A stretch of DNA of 64,000 nucleotides from Nitrosopumilus sp. (lineage in GTDB: Archaea > Thermoproteota > Nitrososphaeria > Nitrososphaerales > Nitrosopumilaceae): NCBI GenBank assembly GCA_965249555.1, contig OZ252243.1, forward strand, positions 1,408,001 through 1,472,000, given 5' to 3'. Below, piece by piece: positions 29,539 to 40,986 of this stretch (positions are counted from its first letter, which is position 1; every line of letters starts with the position of its first letter). Made by a program: the position numbers and the translations under genes. Below the pieces are notes generated by a model. The model was not told the origin of the DNA. It saw nothing but the letters and a program-made list of their open reading frames with translations, and did not search any database.

Positions 29539-30507
29539 TCAATACCCCACTGAGTAGATCGGTTTTTTTCCATTCATTCCAAGATTAAGATTTTTCACAG
29601 TAATCTCTGTCATTTTGATTCTGGTCTCTTTTGTAGAACTTCCTATGTGTGGTGCTAATACAACGTTTTGTAATTTTACTAGTGCATGTTTTTTACTAAT
29701 TGGTTCTGTTTCAAATACATCTAATCCTGCGCCTGCAATAATTTTTTTCTTTAATGCCATTACAAGATCTTTTTCGTTAACTATTTTTCCTCTTGATGTA
29801 TTTATTAAAAATGCAGATTTTTTCATTTTTCTGAAAATTTTCATGTTAAATATTTGATCTGTTTCTTTTGTGTGTGGAACATGAATTGAAATGATGTCAC
29901 TTTGAGTAATTAGTTTTTCAAATGAAACATATTTTATTCCTAATGTTTTCTCTTTGGTTTTAGAAACATGTTTTCTGTTGTGATATATTAACTTCATATC
30001 AAATGCCTTTGCCCTTTTTGCAAGTGTTCCTCCAATTCTACCTAGACCTAAAATGCCAATTGTTTTTCCTTGAAGATCTAATCCTACATAATCATGTGCT
30101 CCATAGATTACTCTCCATTTACCATCACGAATTATTCTGTCTCCTTCTGAAACTCTTCTTAATATGTCTAGTAGTAATGAGAATGTTAAATCAGCAGTTG
30201 CATCCGTTAATACTTCAGGAGTATAACCTACACGAATTTTCTTTTTTTTGGCATATTCAGTGTCTATATGATCAAAACCAACACTGTAGGTACTAATCAC
30301 TTTTAGATTCTTAGCTAAATCTATTGTTGCTTTATTGATTTTATCATATGGAAAACAGATTAGTCCATCTATCTCTTTGATTTTTGATTGTAGCTCAGTT
30401 TGAGGTATGGGAATTTTTCCAGAATGAATTTCTATCTGATATCTTTTTTTTAACTCTTTTAATGCAAAATCATGTAAAATTCTTGTAAGAAACACTTTTT
30501 TTTTCAT
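29539..30507 (-). CDS. D-2-hydroxyacid dehydrogenase (glyoxylate reductase family)
   Basis: SVGFDHID, GLGRIG, INTSRG, LDVFETEP and PHIGS. Confidence 0.92.
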   Translation of the reverse strand: MKKKVFLTRILHDFALKELKKRYQIEIHSGKIPIPQTELQSKIKEIDGLICFPYDKINKATIDLAKNLKVISTYSVGFDHIDTEYAKKKKIRVGYTPEVLTDATADLTFSLLLDILRRVSEGDRIIRDGKWRVIYGAHDYVGLDLQGKTIGILGLGRIGGTLAKRAKAFDMKLIYHNRKHVSKTKEKTLGIKYVSFEKLITQSDIISIHVPHTKETDQIFNMKIFRKMKKSAFLINTSRGKIVNEKDLVMALKKKIIAGAGLDVFETEPISKKHALVKLQNVVLAPHIGSSTKETRIKMTEITVKNLNLGMNGKKPIYSVGY

Positions 30508-30558
30508 CAGTCTTGAATTTATCTCAAACCATTTATACGATTTCTTTGTAAGTCCTTT

Positions 30559-30705
30559 ATGTCTTCTGAATCTAAAGAAGAAGAAGAATTTGCTATTTGT
30601 GTAGAATGCGCAAATTCATTAGAAAAATGTGTTTGTGTATGTCCTTATTGTGGAGAGCGTGACAAATGCGAATGTGCATTGTTTGATGCAGCTACTGGAG
30701 GTTGA
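30559..30705 (+). CDS. 48-aa Cys-rich microprotein (not in ORF track)
   Basis: MSSESKEEEEFAICVECANSLEKCVCVCPYCGERDKCECALFDAATGG; TTTATA 26 bp upstream. Confidence 0.75.
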   Translation: MSSESKEEEEFAICVECANSLEKCVCVCPYCGERDKCECALFDAATGG

Positions 30706-30754
30706 TCAAATTGGTAAAACAGATCATTATTATTCAAAATAAAGGTGACATGTT

Positions 30755-32665
30755 GTGAGCTTGGTTGATTTTACATGGCTAATTGGCGGTCCACAAGGAA
30801 GTGGGGTAGAATCAGGAGCAAACATATTTTCTCGTGTATGTGCTGAGATGGGCTATCAGGTATTTGGAAAAAGAGAATTTTATTCAAATATCAAAGGCGA
30901 ACATAGTTATTTTACATTAAGAATCTCTGATCAAAAAATCCATTCAACTGTAAATGATGTAAACTTGATGGTATCATTTGATGCTGAAACAATTTTTCGC
31001 CATTTTGATGAAGTAATTTCTGGTGGTGGTATAATTTATGACTCTGATCTGGAAAAAATAAAAACAGATGATGTTAATACTCTTGATACACCATTCAAAG
31101 AAAGATTACACAAAGATTTAGAATCAAAAAATAAACCATTTACAATTCCAGGAGTTTTAGAGATTGCAAAAGAGAAAGGAGTACTGTTGTTTCCAGTATC
31201 TTTCAAATCTATTCTTGCTAGTCTTGCTGAAGAAACTGAAAATCCTCGTCTAAAAGGATTAGTTAGAATGTTTAATGTGATTGGTGTGTCTTTGTCTTTG
31301 GGATTAGTTAAGATGCCTCCTGATTCCTTACAAAAAACAATAGATACAATTTTTGCAAAAAAACCAGCAATTGCAGAAATTAATCGACAAGCTGCAAATT
31401 ATTCATATAATTACGCTACTGCAAAATTCGAAAATTTTAATCATATGTTACCTGGTACAGAAAAAGAACCTGAAACTCTTTTGGTTCAAGGTCATATGGG
31501 AACTGCATTAGGTAAGATGGCATGTGGTTGTAGATTCCAACCTTACTATCCAATCACTCCAGCTTCTGATGAATCAGTATATCTAGAATCAAATGAACTT
31601 TTAGAAATAGTTGAGGATAGACCTGGCTCTACTGTTGTTATTCAAACCGAAGATGAAATATGTTCAATGGGAATGACTATTGGAGGTGCATTAACTGGAA
31701 CACGTTCTGCTACTTGTACCTCTGGTCCTGGATTTGCATTAATGACTGAAATGTTGGGTTGGGCTGGAATCAATGAAGTACCTATTGTGATAACTAATTA
31801 TCAAAGAAGTGGACCATCAACTGGTCTTCCAACAAGACATGGCCAAGATGATTTACTTTTTTCGGTATATGCTGGACATGGAGACTTTCCAAAAATTGTT
31901 TATGCCTCAGGTGATATTGAGGAGAGTTTCTATGATACTGGTAACTGCTTTAATTATGCAGATACTTTTCAAGTTCCAGTTATTCACATGATGGATAAAT
32001 TCCTTGCAAGTTCAGTTATTACCTGTAAAAGATTTGATACTCAAAAAATCTCAATTGATAGAGGTAAACTCTTAGAGAAAGTCAATGATGGCTATAGGCG
32101 ATTTGAGTTTGCTGATGATGGAATATCCCCTCGTTCTAGATTAGGAATTGATAATGGAATATTTTGGAATACTGGTGATGAATCTGATGAAACTGGTCAT
32201 ATTACAGAAGATCCAATCTTACGTGTAAAAATGATGGACAAAAGAATGTCTCGCCTTGATTTGATACTCAAAAGGATTCCTGATTCCGAGCAAGCTATAT
32301 CCTTTGGAGTTGAAGATTTTACAATAATCTCATGGGGGTCTGCAAAGGGTCCTATCATTGATGCATTAGAAATGCTCAAAAAAGAAGGAATATCAATTGG
32401 ATATGTTCAATTAAAACTTCTACATCCATTTCCAACTGATTATGTGAATTTCTTGTTAAAAGATGCCAAGACCTTAATTGACATTGAAGCAAATTACTCT
32501 GGCCAGCTAGGAAAACTATTTACACAAAATATTAAACGTGATATTGATTATTTTATCTTAAAATATACCGGAAGAGTAATGACTAGTACTGAAATTTATG
32601 ATTCTCTTAAAAAAATTATTCAGAACAAAGCAAACAAACGGGAGGTTCTAATGCATGGCGCTTAA
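30755..32665 (+). CDS. korA: 2-oxoacid:ferredoxin oxidoreductase alpha subunit (gamma-alpha fusion)
   Basis: [18 protein letters not shown] and [11 protein letters not shown]. Confidence 0.94.
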   Translation: MSLVDFTWLIGGPQGSGVESGANIFSRVCAEMGYQVFGKREFYSNIKGEHSYFTLRISDQKIHSTVNDVNLMVSFDAETIFRHFDEVISGGGIIYDSDLEKIKTDDVNTLDTPFKERLHKDLESKNKPFTIPGVLEIAKEKGVLLFPVSFKSILASLAEETENPRLKGLVRMFNVIGVSLSLGLVKMPPDSLQKTIDTIFAKKPAIAEINRQAANYSYNYATAKFENFNHMLPGTEKEPETLLVQGHMGTALGKMACGCRFQPYYPITPASDESVYLESNELLEIVEDRPGSTVVIQTEDEICSMGMTIGGALTGTRSATCTSGPGFALMTEMLGWAGINEVPIVITNYQRSGPSTGLPTRHGQDDLLFSVYAGHGDFPKIVYASGDIEESFYDTGNCFNYADTFQVPVIHMMDKFLASSVITCKRFDTQKISIDRGKLLEKVNDGYRRFEFADDGISPRSRLGIDNGIFWNTGDESDETGHITEDPILRVKMMDKRMSRLDLILKRIPDSEQAISFGVEDFTIISWGSAKGPIIDALEMLKKEGISIGYVQLKLLHPFPTDYVNFLLKDAKTLIDIEANYSGQLGKLFTQNIKRDIDYFILKYTGRVMTSTEIYDSLKKIIQNKANKREVLMHGA

Positions 32666-33617
32666 ACTAGCTGATTTCAGAACTGATGTACACAACGATT
32701 GGTGTGCTGGATGTGGAGACTTTGGAATTGTTAACGCTATTCAAATGGCATTAGCTGAGATGGGCGTACAAAGAGACAAGACTGTAATGTTTTCTGGAAT
32801 TGGATGTTCTGGTAAAACTTCACATTTTATCAATACTTATGGTGTTCATACATTACATGGACGAGTTTTGACATTTGCACAAGGTGCCAAGATTGCTAAT
32901 CCTGAGATGACAGTTGTTGCAGTGGGAGGTGATGGTGATGGTTTAGGAATTGGTGCTGGTCATTTTGTTGCAGCTGGCAGACGCAATGTAGACATGACAT
33001 ACATCATTTTTGATAATGGAGTTTATGGTTTAACAAAGGGACAAGCATCACCTACTCTGAGACTTGGAGAGCAAACAAAATCATTGCCCACTCCAAATAC
33101 AAATTATAATGTAAACCCAATTGGATTGGCAGTTGCAAGTGGTTTTACATTTGTAGCACGTGGCTATTCTTACGATGTTAGACATCTTAAAGACTTGATA
33201 ATTCAGGCAGTCAAACACAAAGGACTGTCTTTTTTGGATGTATTGCAACCATGTCCCACGTATAATGATATCAATACAAGGGATTGGTATGCAGGAACTG
33301 ATTTAGTTGACGAAGCACAAAAAAGACACTCAAGAATCTACAAACTTGAAGAAAGAGGATTTGATCCAGTAGTTCATTATGATTCAGAAGTCGAGATAAA
33401 TGAAAAACTATCCCAATCCCTCATTAAATCACTTGAATGGGGAAATAAAATACCAATTGGGGTGTTCTACAAAAATGATACTATTTCTCCTTACAATGTA
33501 AGATTACAAGATAAAATTCCAAATTATGTGGAAAACTCTCCTGCAAAACAAAACATCTCCAAAAATGGTCGTTCCAACACTGATATTTCAAAGATATTGG
33601 ATTCTTTAGAAGTCTAA
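32655..33617 (+). CDS. korB: 2-oxoacid:ferredoxin oxidoreductase beta subunit
   Basis: WCAGCGD, SGIGCS, HTLHGR, GDGD and [11 protein letters not shown]. Confidence 0.95.
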   Translation: MALKLADFRTDVHNDWCAGCGDFGIVNAIQMALAEMGVQRDKTVMFSGIGCSGKTSHFINTYGVHTLHGRVLTFAQGAKIANPEMTVVAVGGDGDGLGIGAGHFVAAGRRNVDMTYIIFDNGVYGLTKGQASPTLRLGEQTKSLPTPNTNYNVNPIGLAVASGFTFVARGYSYDVRHLKDLIIQAVKHKGLSFLDVLQPCPTYNDINTRDWYAGTDLVDEAQKRHSRIYKLEERGFDPVVHYDSEVEINEKLSQSLIKSLEWGNKIPIGVFYKNDTISPYNVRLQDKIPNYVENSPAKQNISKNGRSNTDISKILDSLEV

Positions 33618-33667
33618 CTCGTGTTTTAAACCTAAGAAGTTATAGGCAAGTTTTGTAGCATAATACT

Positions 33668-34108
33668 TTGCATTTGAATATTAGTGAAGCAAATAAAATA
33701 TTTAGAAAATCAATTATCAATGGTTTCTTTGAACCACAGCTAGTTAATCTAGATTTTAAAAAATCATCCGTAAAACATCCTTTGATAAATGACAATGGTT
33801 TAATGCAGTCTGATTTACTTCATCTATTTTTTGATGTAGAGACTGGTTCTGATTATCCTGACGGGGATGAATGGTTTATCGTTGATATGCTGTTTCCTCA
33901 TGATGTAAAACTTGCTGACAATTTGATTGGAACCGATTATTTTACAACTCTCTCAGTTGGTGAGGGAAAAATATACTGGCATCATCGTGAACTAATTCGT
34001 TACAAATATGGAAAATCCAAGAAATTAGATAATGCTTTAGAATTTCTTGAATCAAAATACAAAGAACTCCATAAATTATTAGAGCCGTTACAGAAAGATC
34101 TCATGTAA
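33668..34108 (+). CDS. Hypothetical protein
   Basis: 146-aa ORF, plausible composition. Confidence 0.7.
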   Translation: MHLNISEANKIFRKSIINGFFEPQLVNLDFKKSSVKHPLINDNGLMQSDLLHLFFDVETGSDYPDGDEWFIVDMLFPHDVKLADNLIGTDYFTTLSVGEGKIYWHHRELIRYKYGKSKKLDNALEFLESKYKELHKLLEPLQKDLM

Positions 34109-34634
34109 TTTTTTCCCACGAATCATCCTTGAAAACATATTTCTTATTTTCAGGTGATACTATGTTGGGACGCCATCTAATTGATTTTGAATCAAACTTG
34201 TACGATATTTCTGAAATTCCTACTGGTAGTTTCTTAGGATCTAGATGATATGGTAATAGTTCTAAAATAAAATCAATTTTATCCACAGAATTATTGAACA
34301 AATGCCTATCCTCACTATCTACAGTAAAAACAATTCTTGGGTTTCCAGAAAAGTTGATTTTAATTTTTAAAGCATTTTTACCACCTCTTCTTCTTTTAAT
34401 CTCTTTGAAAATTGATTTGATTTTTTCCCAGCGTTTGAAATCAAACCATTGAAAAAATGCTTCATTAAATGGAAGAGGAATTTTTATGTCTAAGAAACTC
34501 ACAAAATCCTCATCGTTTGGTTCAATTTCATCTTGAATGACCGTAAAATGAGAGTTTAGAAATCCATATAGGACTTCAATTTCCCATGGAGAAACTCCAT
34601 AATACTGTAATGTGGTCTTCAAACTTTCTGGCAA
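34101..34634 (-). CDS. Hypothetical protein
   Basis: 177-aa ORF, plausible composition. Confidence 0.7.
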   Translation of the reverse strand: MPESLKTTLQYYGVSPWEIEVLYGFLNSHFTVIQDEIEPNDEDFVSFLDIKIPLPFNEAFFQWFDFKRWEKIKSIFKEIKRRRGGKNALKIKINFSGNPRIVFTVDSEDRHLFNNSVDKIDFILELLPYHLDPKKLPVGISEISYKFDSKSIRWRPNIVSPENKKYVFKDDSWEKIT

Positions 34635-34739
34635 TAGCTTAAAATCTTAAAAATTGTAATTAAAGCTTCAAATCTGGTGATATTGGGTCAAATTCACCTT
34701 AAAATTAAAATTATATGGCAAGAGTTAGTAATTTCAGAT

Positions 34740-35072
34740 ATGAAGAAAGAATTTGTAGTAAAAAGTATTGATGCAGCACCTGATGGGGCACCATATGTCA
34801 TAGTCTCATTATCATCAATTAAAGATCTTAAAGAGGGAACTCAAAATCCACAAACTCCTTTTGGTAGCCCAAAGGTAATGGGATTTACAAACATGAATGA
34901 TATGATGAAGGATCTAAACAAGATGTTTGCTGGTGGTGGAATGGGAGGTCCTGGAATGCAAGGAGGTATCACTCAATTGAAGCTTGAAATGCATGAATAC
35001 AAAGACATGGGTCTTGCAGTTGGAGATAAAGTATTTTTAGAATTAAGTAAAGCTGAAACTCTGGGCGTTTAA
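34740..35072 (+). CDS. Hypothetical protein with Gly/Met-rich loop
   Basis: MKKEFVVKSIDAAPDGAPYV...LAVGDKV; start moved from 34677. Confidence 0.75.
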   Translation: MKKEFVVKSIDAAPDGAPYVIVSLSSIKDLKEGTQNPQTPFGSPKVMGFTNMNDMMKDLNKMFAGGGMGGPGMQGGITQLKLEMHEYKDMGLAVGDKVFLELSKAETLGV

Positions 35073-35073
35073 A

Positions 35074-35628
35074 CTACCAGACTGTGTTGAAATACTTCCA
35101 ACCATAAAGCGCCATTATTGTTCCAATTACAAATAACATTGGTTTCCATGCAAATACTGGAATACCTGGTGTTGCAAGTTTAACTTTATAGTTGTCTAAA
35201 ATAGTATGAACATTTTTTTTGATTTTGTCATGCCAAATGCTATACTCTACTTGGTATTTTTTTAGAATCTCTTCTACTTCATAAATAACTGGGGTTCTCT
35301 GCGAGAAAAGATGTTGAAGATAGTCTCTTGAAACCTCTACTTCTGCATGAATTCCAATTAATCCTTTTTTAAGATCAACCATTCTGATATGCATCTCCCA
35401 TGGTTTTTTTAATTTTAGATTAATTCCACTTCCAATTTGTTCTGGTTGCTTATGTTCAAATTTTACTTTGGTAAATCCTTCTTCTGTAAAAATTTTCATC
35501 AATTCTTCAAAACTTTTCTTTACCACAATGTGAAGTTGCTCAACTCCATCTTTACTATCCACATTAATTTTATGTTTTAATCCATCAAGAAATGAAATTG
35601 TTTTAGGATATGTAGTAAGATATTCCAT
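35074..35628 (-). CDS. Hypothetical protein with C-terminal TM helix
   Basis: KPWEMHIRM...HAEVEVSRDYLQHL and hydrophobic C-terminus. Confidence 0.75.
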   Translation of the reverse strand: MEYLTTYPKTISFLDGLKHKINVDSKDGVEQLHIVVKKSFEELMKIFTEEGFTKVKFEHKQPEQIGSGINLKLKKPWEMHIRMVDLKKGLIGIHAEVEVSRDYLQHLFSQRTPVIYEVEEILKKYQVEYSIWHDKIKKNVHTILDNYKVKLATPGIPVFAWKPMLFVIGTIMALYGWKYFNTVW

Positions 35629-35673
35629 ATTTTGTTCCAGAAATACCAATATTTAAGCAGAACTAGTTAGAAT

Positions 35674-36450
35674 CTAACTCTTTGCAGGATTTGATAATCC
35701 TCTTACGTAAACACATTGATCTGGGGATATTGCCATTTCTGAAGAATTGATTTTTCTATCAGTAAGTTTTGCACCTGAATTCCTAACTATGGCAAATGGT
35801 TTTGATTCTGCACCTTCACCCATCTTATGATTTGCAATTGTTGCAAGATTATCAACCACTGCCTGAAATGTTACTTTTAATGGATTACCATCAAGATCTT
35901 TTTTTGCTCTCATATCTAAAACTGGTTCAATTCCGGCACATGCTACTGCAACTCCTGATGTCCCAATTCTTGCTGGCATTAGTCTGCTATCTACCAAAAT
36001 TATTCCAACATGAATAAACCATTTTAAGAAAATTTTTCTGCGAATCTGCTCTGCAATCAGATATGGCTTTATTGGATACAGGATTGCTTTTCCTTTTTTT
36101 GCATTAGATTTATCAATTCCAGCATTTGGTGCCATTATGTTATCTGATGATGTAATTACAAATCCTCCGATACCGCCAAAAATTTTGTCGGATTCCCTGA
36201 TGATGATTTCAGCAATTTCAGGTTTTAATTGAAACTTTTTTGAAATCTCTTCACTTTCATCTGAAGTTCTGATTTTTTCTAGTTCAATAATTCTTCCCTG
36301 TGAATTTGAGATATATTTTGTTGAAATTACTAAAACATCCCCATCTTGCAATTTTGTATTGTTTTTTCCTAATGTTTCTAACAAGACCTCAAAAACATCA
36401 AATTTTCCTTCCATTCTCTCTGCTAATAGTGGCAAAACTGTTAGTTGCAC
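35674..36450 (-). CDS. cofE: Coenzyme F420-0:L-glutamate ligase
   Basis: NAGIDKSN, GVAVACAG, DLDGNPL and MGEGAE. Confidence 0.92.
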   Translation of the reverse strand: MQLTVLPLLAERMEGKFDVFEVLLETLGKNNTKLQDGDVLVISTKYISNSQGRIIELEKIRTSDESEEISKKFQLKPEIAEIIIRESDKIFGGIGGFVITSSDNIMAPNAGIDKSNAKKGKAILYPIKPYLIAEQIRRKIFLKWFIHVGIILVDSRLMPARIGTSGVAVACAGIEPVLDMRAKKDLDGNPLKVTFQAVVDNLATIANHKMGEGAESKPFAIVRNSGAKLTDRKINSSEMAISPDQCVYVRGLSNPAKS

Positions 36451-36523
36451 AATATTCTGAGCACTCTTTTTCTTTTTTATTGTTCTGAAAAGCTTTTAAT
36501 CTGTAAAACAAGCTTTATTGTTT

Positions 36524-37795
36524 ATGAATATTGTTGAGAAGATTCTTGCACGTGCGTCCGGAAAATCCTCTGTATCCCCTGATGATGTTGTTTTTGCTAA
36601 CGTCGACAAGGTAATGCTTCATGATGTTTCAGGACCAGGTGTCATCAAGGTCTTTGATAAACTAAAGAATCAAGGAATTTCAGTTGATAAATTATGGGAT
36701 CCATCAAAAGTTTGGGTAGCAGAAGATCACTTTGTTCCTTCAGCAGAAAAAGTTTCAGCAGAAAACATTGTAAAACTATCAAACTTTACAAAAAAATATG
36801 GAATTGAAAAGCACTTCAAATACGGTATGGGTCAATACGGCATTTGTCATACCTTGTCTCATGAAGAAGCATTGGTAATGCCAGGTGATGTCTATGTTGG
36901 TGGCGATTCTCATACTAACACAACTGGTGCTTTAGGTGCATTTGCTTGTGGATTGGGACATACTGATGTTGCTTATGTATTATTGAATGGGAATATTTGG
37001 TTTAAGGTTCCAGAAACTTATTACTTTAAGATAAATGGAAAATTACCCGATCACGTAATGGCTAAAGATTTGATTCTAAAAATAATTGGGGATATGGGAA
37101 CTGATGGTGGTGCATACAGAACCATGCAGTTTGGTGGAAGTGGAGTAGATGACATGTCTGTTGAAAGCAGATTAACATTATGTAATATGACTACTGAAGC
37201 AGGTGCAAAGAATGGAATTGTTGAACCAGATCAAAAAGTAATTGATCATCTTTCTAGTAGGGGTGCCACAAATGTTAATCTGGTAAATGGTGATGATGAT
37301 GCAGAATATGCCAAAATATTTGAATATGAACTCTCAGAGATGGAACCAATTGTTGCAAAACCATTTTCTCCTGCAAATACTACAGTTGTAAGAGAAGCTC
37401 CATCTGTTGAATTAGATAAGTCATACATTGGATCTTGTACCGGTGCAAAATACGAAGATTTGGAAGCAGTAGCAAGAATTCTTAAAGGCAGAAAAGTAAA
37501 GATTAGAACTGAAATTTTACCTGCAGCAATCTCAATTTACCAACGTGCTATGGAAAATGGCTTATTGAAAATTTTCTTAGATGCTGGTGTGACAGTTGGA
37601 CCTCCTACTTGTGGAGCGTGTTGTGGTGCTCATATGGGCGTCTTGGCAAAAGATGAAATTTGTATCAGTACTACAAACCGAAACTTCCCAGGAAGAATGG
37701 GTCATATTGAATCGCAAACATACCTTTCATCTCCTTTAGTGGCTGCAGCCTCAGCAGTTACTGGCAAAATTACTGATCCGAGGGATTTGAAATGA
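36524..37795 (+). CDS. Archaeal-type 3-isopropylmalate/homoaconitate dehydratase large subunit
   Basis: MNIVEKILA, DSHT, IGSCT, CGACCG and STTNRNFPGRMG. Confidence 0.9.
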   Translation: MNIVEKILARASGKSSVSPDDVVFANVDKVMLHDVSGPGVIKVFDKLKNQGISVDKLWDPSKVWVAEDHFVPSAEKVSAENIVKLSNFTKKYGIEKHFKYGMGQYGICHTLSHEEALVMPGDVYVGGDSHTNTTGALGAFACGLGHTDVAYVLLNGNIWFKVPETYYFKINGKLPDHVMAKDLILKIIGDMGTDGGAYRTMQFGGSGVDDMSVESRLTLCNMTTEAGAKNGIVEPDQKVIDHLSSRGATNVNLVNGDDDAEYAKIFEYELSEMEPIVAKPFSPANTTVVREAPSVELDKSYIGSCTGAKYEDLEAVARILKGRKVKIRTEILPAAISIYQRAMENGLLKIFLDAGVTVGPPTCGACCGAHMGVLAKDEICISTTNRNFPGRMGHIESQTYLSSPLVAAASAVTGKITDPRDLK

Positions 37796-38283
37796 AAGGT
37801 AATATCATAAAATATGCACAAGATAATATTGATACTGACGTAATTATTCCAGGTCAATATCTAAAAGTACACGATTATGCTGAACTTGCCACTCATGCCA
37901 TGGAGGGATTGGATCCTGATTTTCACTCTAAGGTAAAAGAAGGTGATTTCATATTGTCTGGCAGAAATTTTGGATGCGGCTCATCTAGAGAACATGCTCC
38001 TATCGCTTTATCTCATTCTGGAATAAAGGCTGTACTTGCATTATCTTTTGCAAGAATTTTTTATCGAAATGCAGTTGATGGTGCATTTTTGTTACCAATT
38101 GAAATTGATCAAGATGCATATGATGGAATTGCTGAAGGCGATGAAATCGAAATTAATGTCTCTGTAAATGAAGTTAAAAATATTACCAAAAATCAAACAT
38201 ACAAAATGAAACCCTTTTCAGAAATTATCGGAAAGATAATTGCTGCAGGTGGTCTTTTCAAGTACAAGCCAGACCAGGATTGA
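37792..38283 (+). CDS. Archaeal-type 3-isopropylmalate/homoaconitate dehydratase small subunit
   Basis: [20 protein letters not shown] and FARIFYRN. Confidence 0.9.
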   Translation: MKGNIIKYAQDNIDTDVIIPGQYLKVHDYAELATHAMEGLDPDFHSKVKEGDFILSGRNFGCGSSREHAPIALSHSGIKAVLALSFARIFYRNAVDGAFLLPIEIDQDAYDGIAEGDEIEINVSVNEVKNITKNQTYKMKPFSEIIGKIIAAGGLFKYKPDQD

Positions 38284-38284
38284 A

Positions 38285-39700
38285 ATGGGAGCAACTCTCT
38301 TTGAAAAAATATGGAAGTCTCATGTTGTTGTTGAAAAACAAAATGGTCCTTCTCTAATCTATGTTGACAGACATCTTGTCCATGAAGTAACATCTCCTCA
38401 AGCCTTTGATGGATTACGTATGAATAAAAGAAAAGTTCGAAGACCTGATCTTACTATAGCTACAATGGATCATAATGTTCCAACAAATGACAGATCTCTT
38501 CCAATATTGGATCAAACTTCCGCAGTCCAGATTCAAACTTTGGAAAAAAACTGTAAAGATTTTGGAATTAAATTATTTGATATTGACAGTCCTAATCAGG
38601 GAATTGTTCATGTAATTGGCCCTCAATTGGGAATTACTTTACCTGGTTCTACAATTGTTTGTGGTGATAGTCATACATCAACTCATGGGGCTTTTGGAAC
38701 ACTATCTTTTGGAATTGGAACCAGTGAAGTTGAACATGTTTTGACATCTCAAACTTTATGGTTAGAAAAACCAAAACCATTTGAAATTAGAGTTGAAGGA
38801 AAAAGAAAGAATCCTCATGCAGTAACTGCCAAGGATATAGTACTTTCAATTATCAAAAATATTGGAACTGTGGGTGGTACTGGTACTGTGATTGAATATC
38901 GTGGTGAAGGCATAACTGATCTTTCTATGGAGCAGAGAATGACTATTTGTAATATGTCAATTGAAGCTGGAGCACGTGCAGGTCTAATTGCACCTGATGA
39001 GAAGGCTTTTGATTATCTTAGAGGTAGACAGTACACCCCAAAAAACTATGAATCTCTTGTTGATTATTGGAAAGAACATCTAAAAACCGATAGTGATGCA
39101 AAATTCGACAAGCAATTCACTTTGAATATCAATGACATTGCACCTCAAGTTAGTTGGGGCACAAATCCTGGAATGACTTGTGATGTAACTGAATCCATTC
39201 CATCACCTGATGACTTTTCTAAAGGTGATCCTAATCAAAAGAAAGGTGCCGAAAAAGCTCTTGACTATATGGGCCTTGAACCGGGAATTCCAATCATAGA
39301 CATCAAAATTGATAGAGTGTTTATTGGTTCATGTACAAATGCAAGATTAGAAGATCTCATTGAAGCATCTAAAGTAGTCAAAGGACAAAAAATTTCAACT
39401 AACGTTCGAGCAATGGTCGTTCCAGGTTCTCAGATGGTAAAAAAACAAGCTGAAGAAATGGGTCTTGATAAAATTTTCATTAATGCTAATTTTGAATGGA
39501 GAGAAGCTGGATGTAGTATGTGTCTTGGAATGAATCCTGATATTTTGTCTCCTGGCGAAAGATGTGCTAGTACATCAAACAGAAATTTTGAAGGTAGACA
39601 GGGAACTGGTGGGAGGACTCATTTAGTAAGTCCTGTAATGGCAGTAGCTGCTGCAATTAAAGGACACTTTGTAGATGTCAGAGAAATGGATTTGAGTTAG
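38285..39700 (+). CDS. leuC: 3-isopropylmalate dehydratase large subunit (bacterial type)
   Basis: [31 protein letters not shown] and [12 protein letters not shown]. Confidence 0.95.
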   Translation: MGATLFEKIWKSHVVVEKQNGPSLIYVDRHLVHEVTSPQAFDGLRMNKRKVRRPDLTIATMDHNVPTNDRSLPILDQTSAVQIQTLEKNCKDFGIKLFDIDSPNQGIVHVIGPQLGITLPGSTIVCGDSHTSTHGAFGTLSFGIGTSEVEHVLTSQTLWLEKPKPFEIRVEGKRKNPHAVTAKDIVLSIIKNIGTVGGTGTVIEYRGEGITDLSMEQRMTICNMSIEAGARAGLIAPDEKAFDYLRGRQYTPKNYESLVDYWKEHLKTDSDAKFDKQFTLNINDIAPQVSWGTNPGMTCDVTESIPSPDDFSKGDPNQKKGAEKALDYMGLEPGIPIIDIKIDRVFIGSCTNARLEDLIEASKVVKGQKISTNVRAMVVPGSQMVKKQAEEMGLDKIFINANFEWREAGCSMCLGMNPDILSPGERCASTSNRNFEGRQGTGGRTHLVSPVMAVAAAIKGHFVDVREMDLS

Positions 39701-39701
39701 A

Positions 39702-40286
39702 ATGGAGCCTTTTAAAAAAGTAACAAGCATCATCACCCCACTTGATAAGGTAAATGTGGATACTGATCAAATTGTCCCAAAACAATTTTTGAAATTGATT
39801 CACAAATCTGGATTTGGAAAATTTTTGTTCTATAATTGGAGATATGATGTAAAAGAGAATCTGAAATCTGATTTTGTCTTAAATGATTCCAAATATGATA
39901 ATTCTAAAATTTTGGTGACTGGAGATAATTTTGGGTGTGGTTCTAGCAGAGAGCATGCAGTTTGGGCACTTCAAGACTATGGTTTTTCTGTAATCATTGC
40001 ACCCTCTTTTGCAGATATTTTCTTTAGCAATTGCTTCAAAAATGGAATTCTACCAATCTCATTAAATCAAAAAACAGTTGAGAAACTCCAACAAGAACTT
40101 GATACAATTGAAGTTGACTTGGAAAAGCAAATCATCAAAACTTCTTCTGAAGATATATCTTTTGAGATAGACTCTTACAAGAAAAAAATTCTCTTAGAAG
40201 GATTGGATGATATTGCACAAACTTTACAATTTGAAGAGAAAATATCTGAATTTGAAAGAGAGTCTAAAGTCCCATCTGTTTTATAA
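39702..40286 (+). CDS. leuD: 3-isopropylmalate dehydratase small subunit
   Basis: [24 protein letters not shown] and GLDDI. Confidence 0.95.
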   Translation: MEPFKKVTSIITPLDKVNVDTDQIVPKQFLKLIHKSGFGKFLFYNWRYDVKENLKSDFVLNDSKYDNSKILVTGDNFGCGSSREHAVWALQDYGFSVIIAPSFADIFFSNCFKNGILPISLNQKTVEKLQQELDTIEVDLEKQIIKTSSEDISFEIDSYKKKILLEGLDDIAQTLQFEEKISEFERESKVPSVL

Positions 40287-40983
40287 TTTTATTTACCATT
40301 TTTTCATTTCTTTCTAAAACCATAGGTGACTCTACATCAATCCATTCTTTGTCCCCAATGTCATAAGCACTAATTTTTCCTTCTTTTGATAGTTGTTGTA
40401 AAATATCATATGAAAGATTGATCTCCTTTTGTTTTTGCTTTGTCTTGATTCGTTTAATGATGTCTTTTCCAAGCATGTAAATTCCCAAACACTCTGATAA
40501 CTGTAATTTCATAACTGGTTTTTCTTTGAATTCTTTTATAATTCCGTCCTCTACAATTGCAAATCCTGTTTCTTCTTTTCTTTTTGTTCTAATTACAATA
40601 CATGCAGAACTATCTTTTTTTCTGAAAAACTCTTTCATCTTTTTTAGATCTACTGCACACAAATTATCCACAAACCATAACAAAAATTCTGATTCATCTT
40701 TGAGTTTTCTCTCAATGTGTAGCAGATCTCCTCCTGTACCACTTTGTGAATCTTGGACAAAAGTGATGTTTTTTTGGCTTCCATAATAGTTTTTGATTTG
40801 TCCTCCTAATCCGTTAAAATCTGAAACTATGATGATCTCTTTTACAAAACTAAATGATTTTAGGTATTTTACAATATAATCAATCAATGGCTTACCGTTA
40901 ATGGGAGTCATTGCTTTTGGAAAATATTCAGTGTATGGCTTGCCTCTAGTTCCTTTGCCACCTGCTAAAATTACAGCCTTCAC
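40264..40983 (-). CDS. Sugar-phosphate nucleotidyltransferase family protein
   Basis: ILAGGKGTR...PK motif and FKEKP. Confidence 0.9.
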   Translation of the reverse strand: MKAVILAGGKGTRGKPYTEYFPKAMTPINGKPLIDYIVKYLKSFSFVKEIIIVSDFNGLGGQIKNYYGSQKNITFVQDSQSGTGGDLLHIERKLKDESEFLLWFVDNLCAVDLKKMKEFFRKKDSSACIVIRTKRKEETGFAIVEDGIIKEFKEKPVMKLQLSECLGIYMLGKDIIKRIKTKQKQKEINLSYDILQQLSKEGKISAYDIGDKEWIDVESPMVLERNEKMVNKIIKQMGL

Positions 40984-40986
40984 AGT

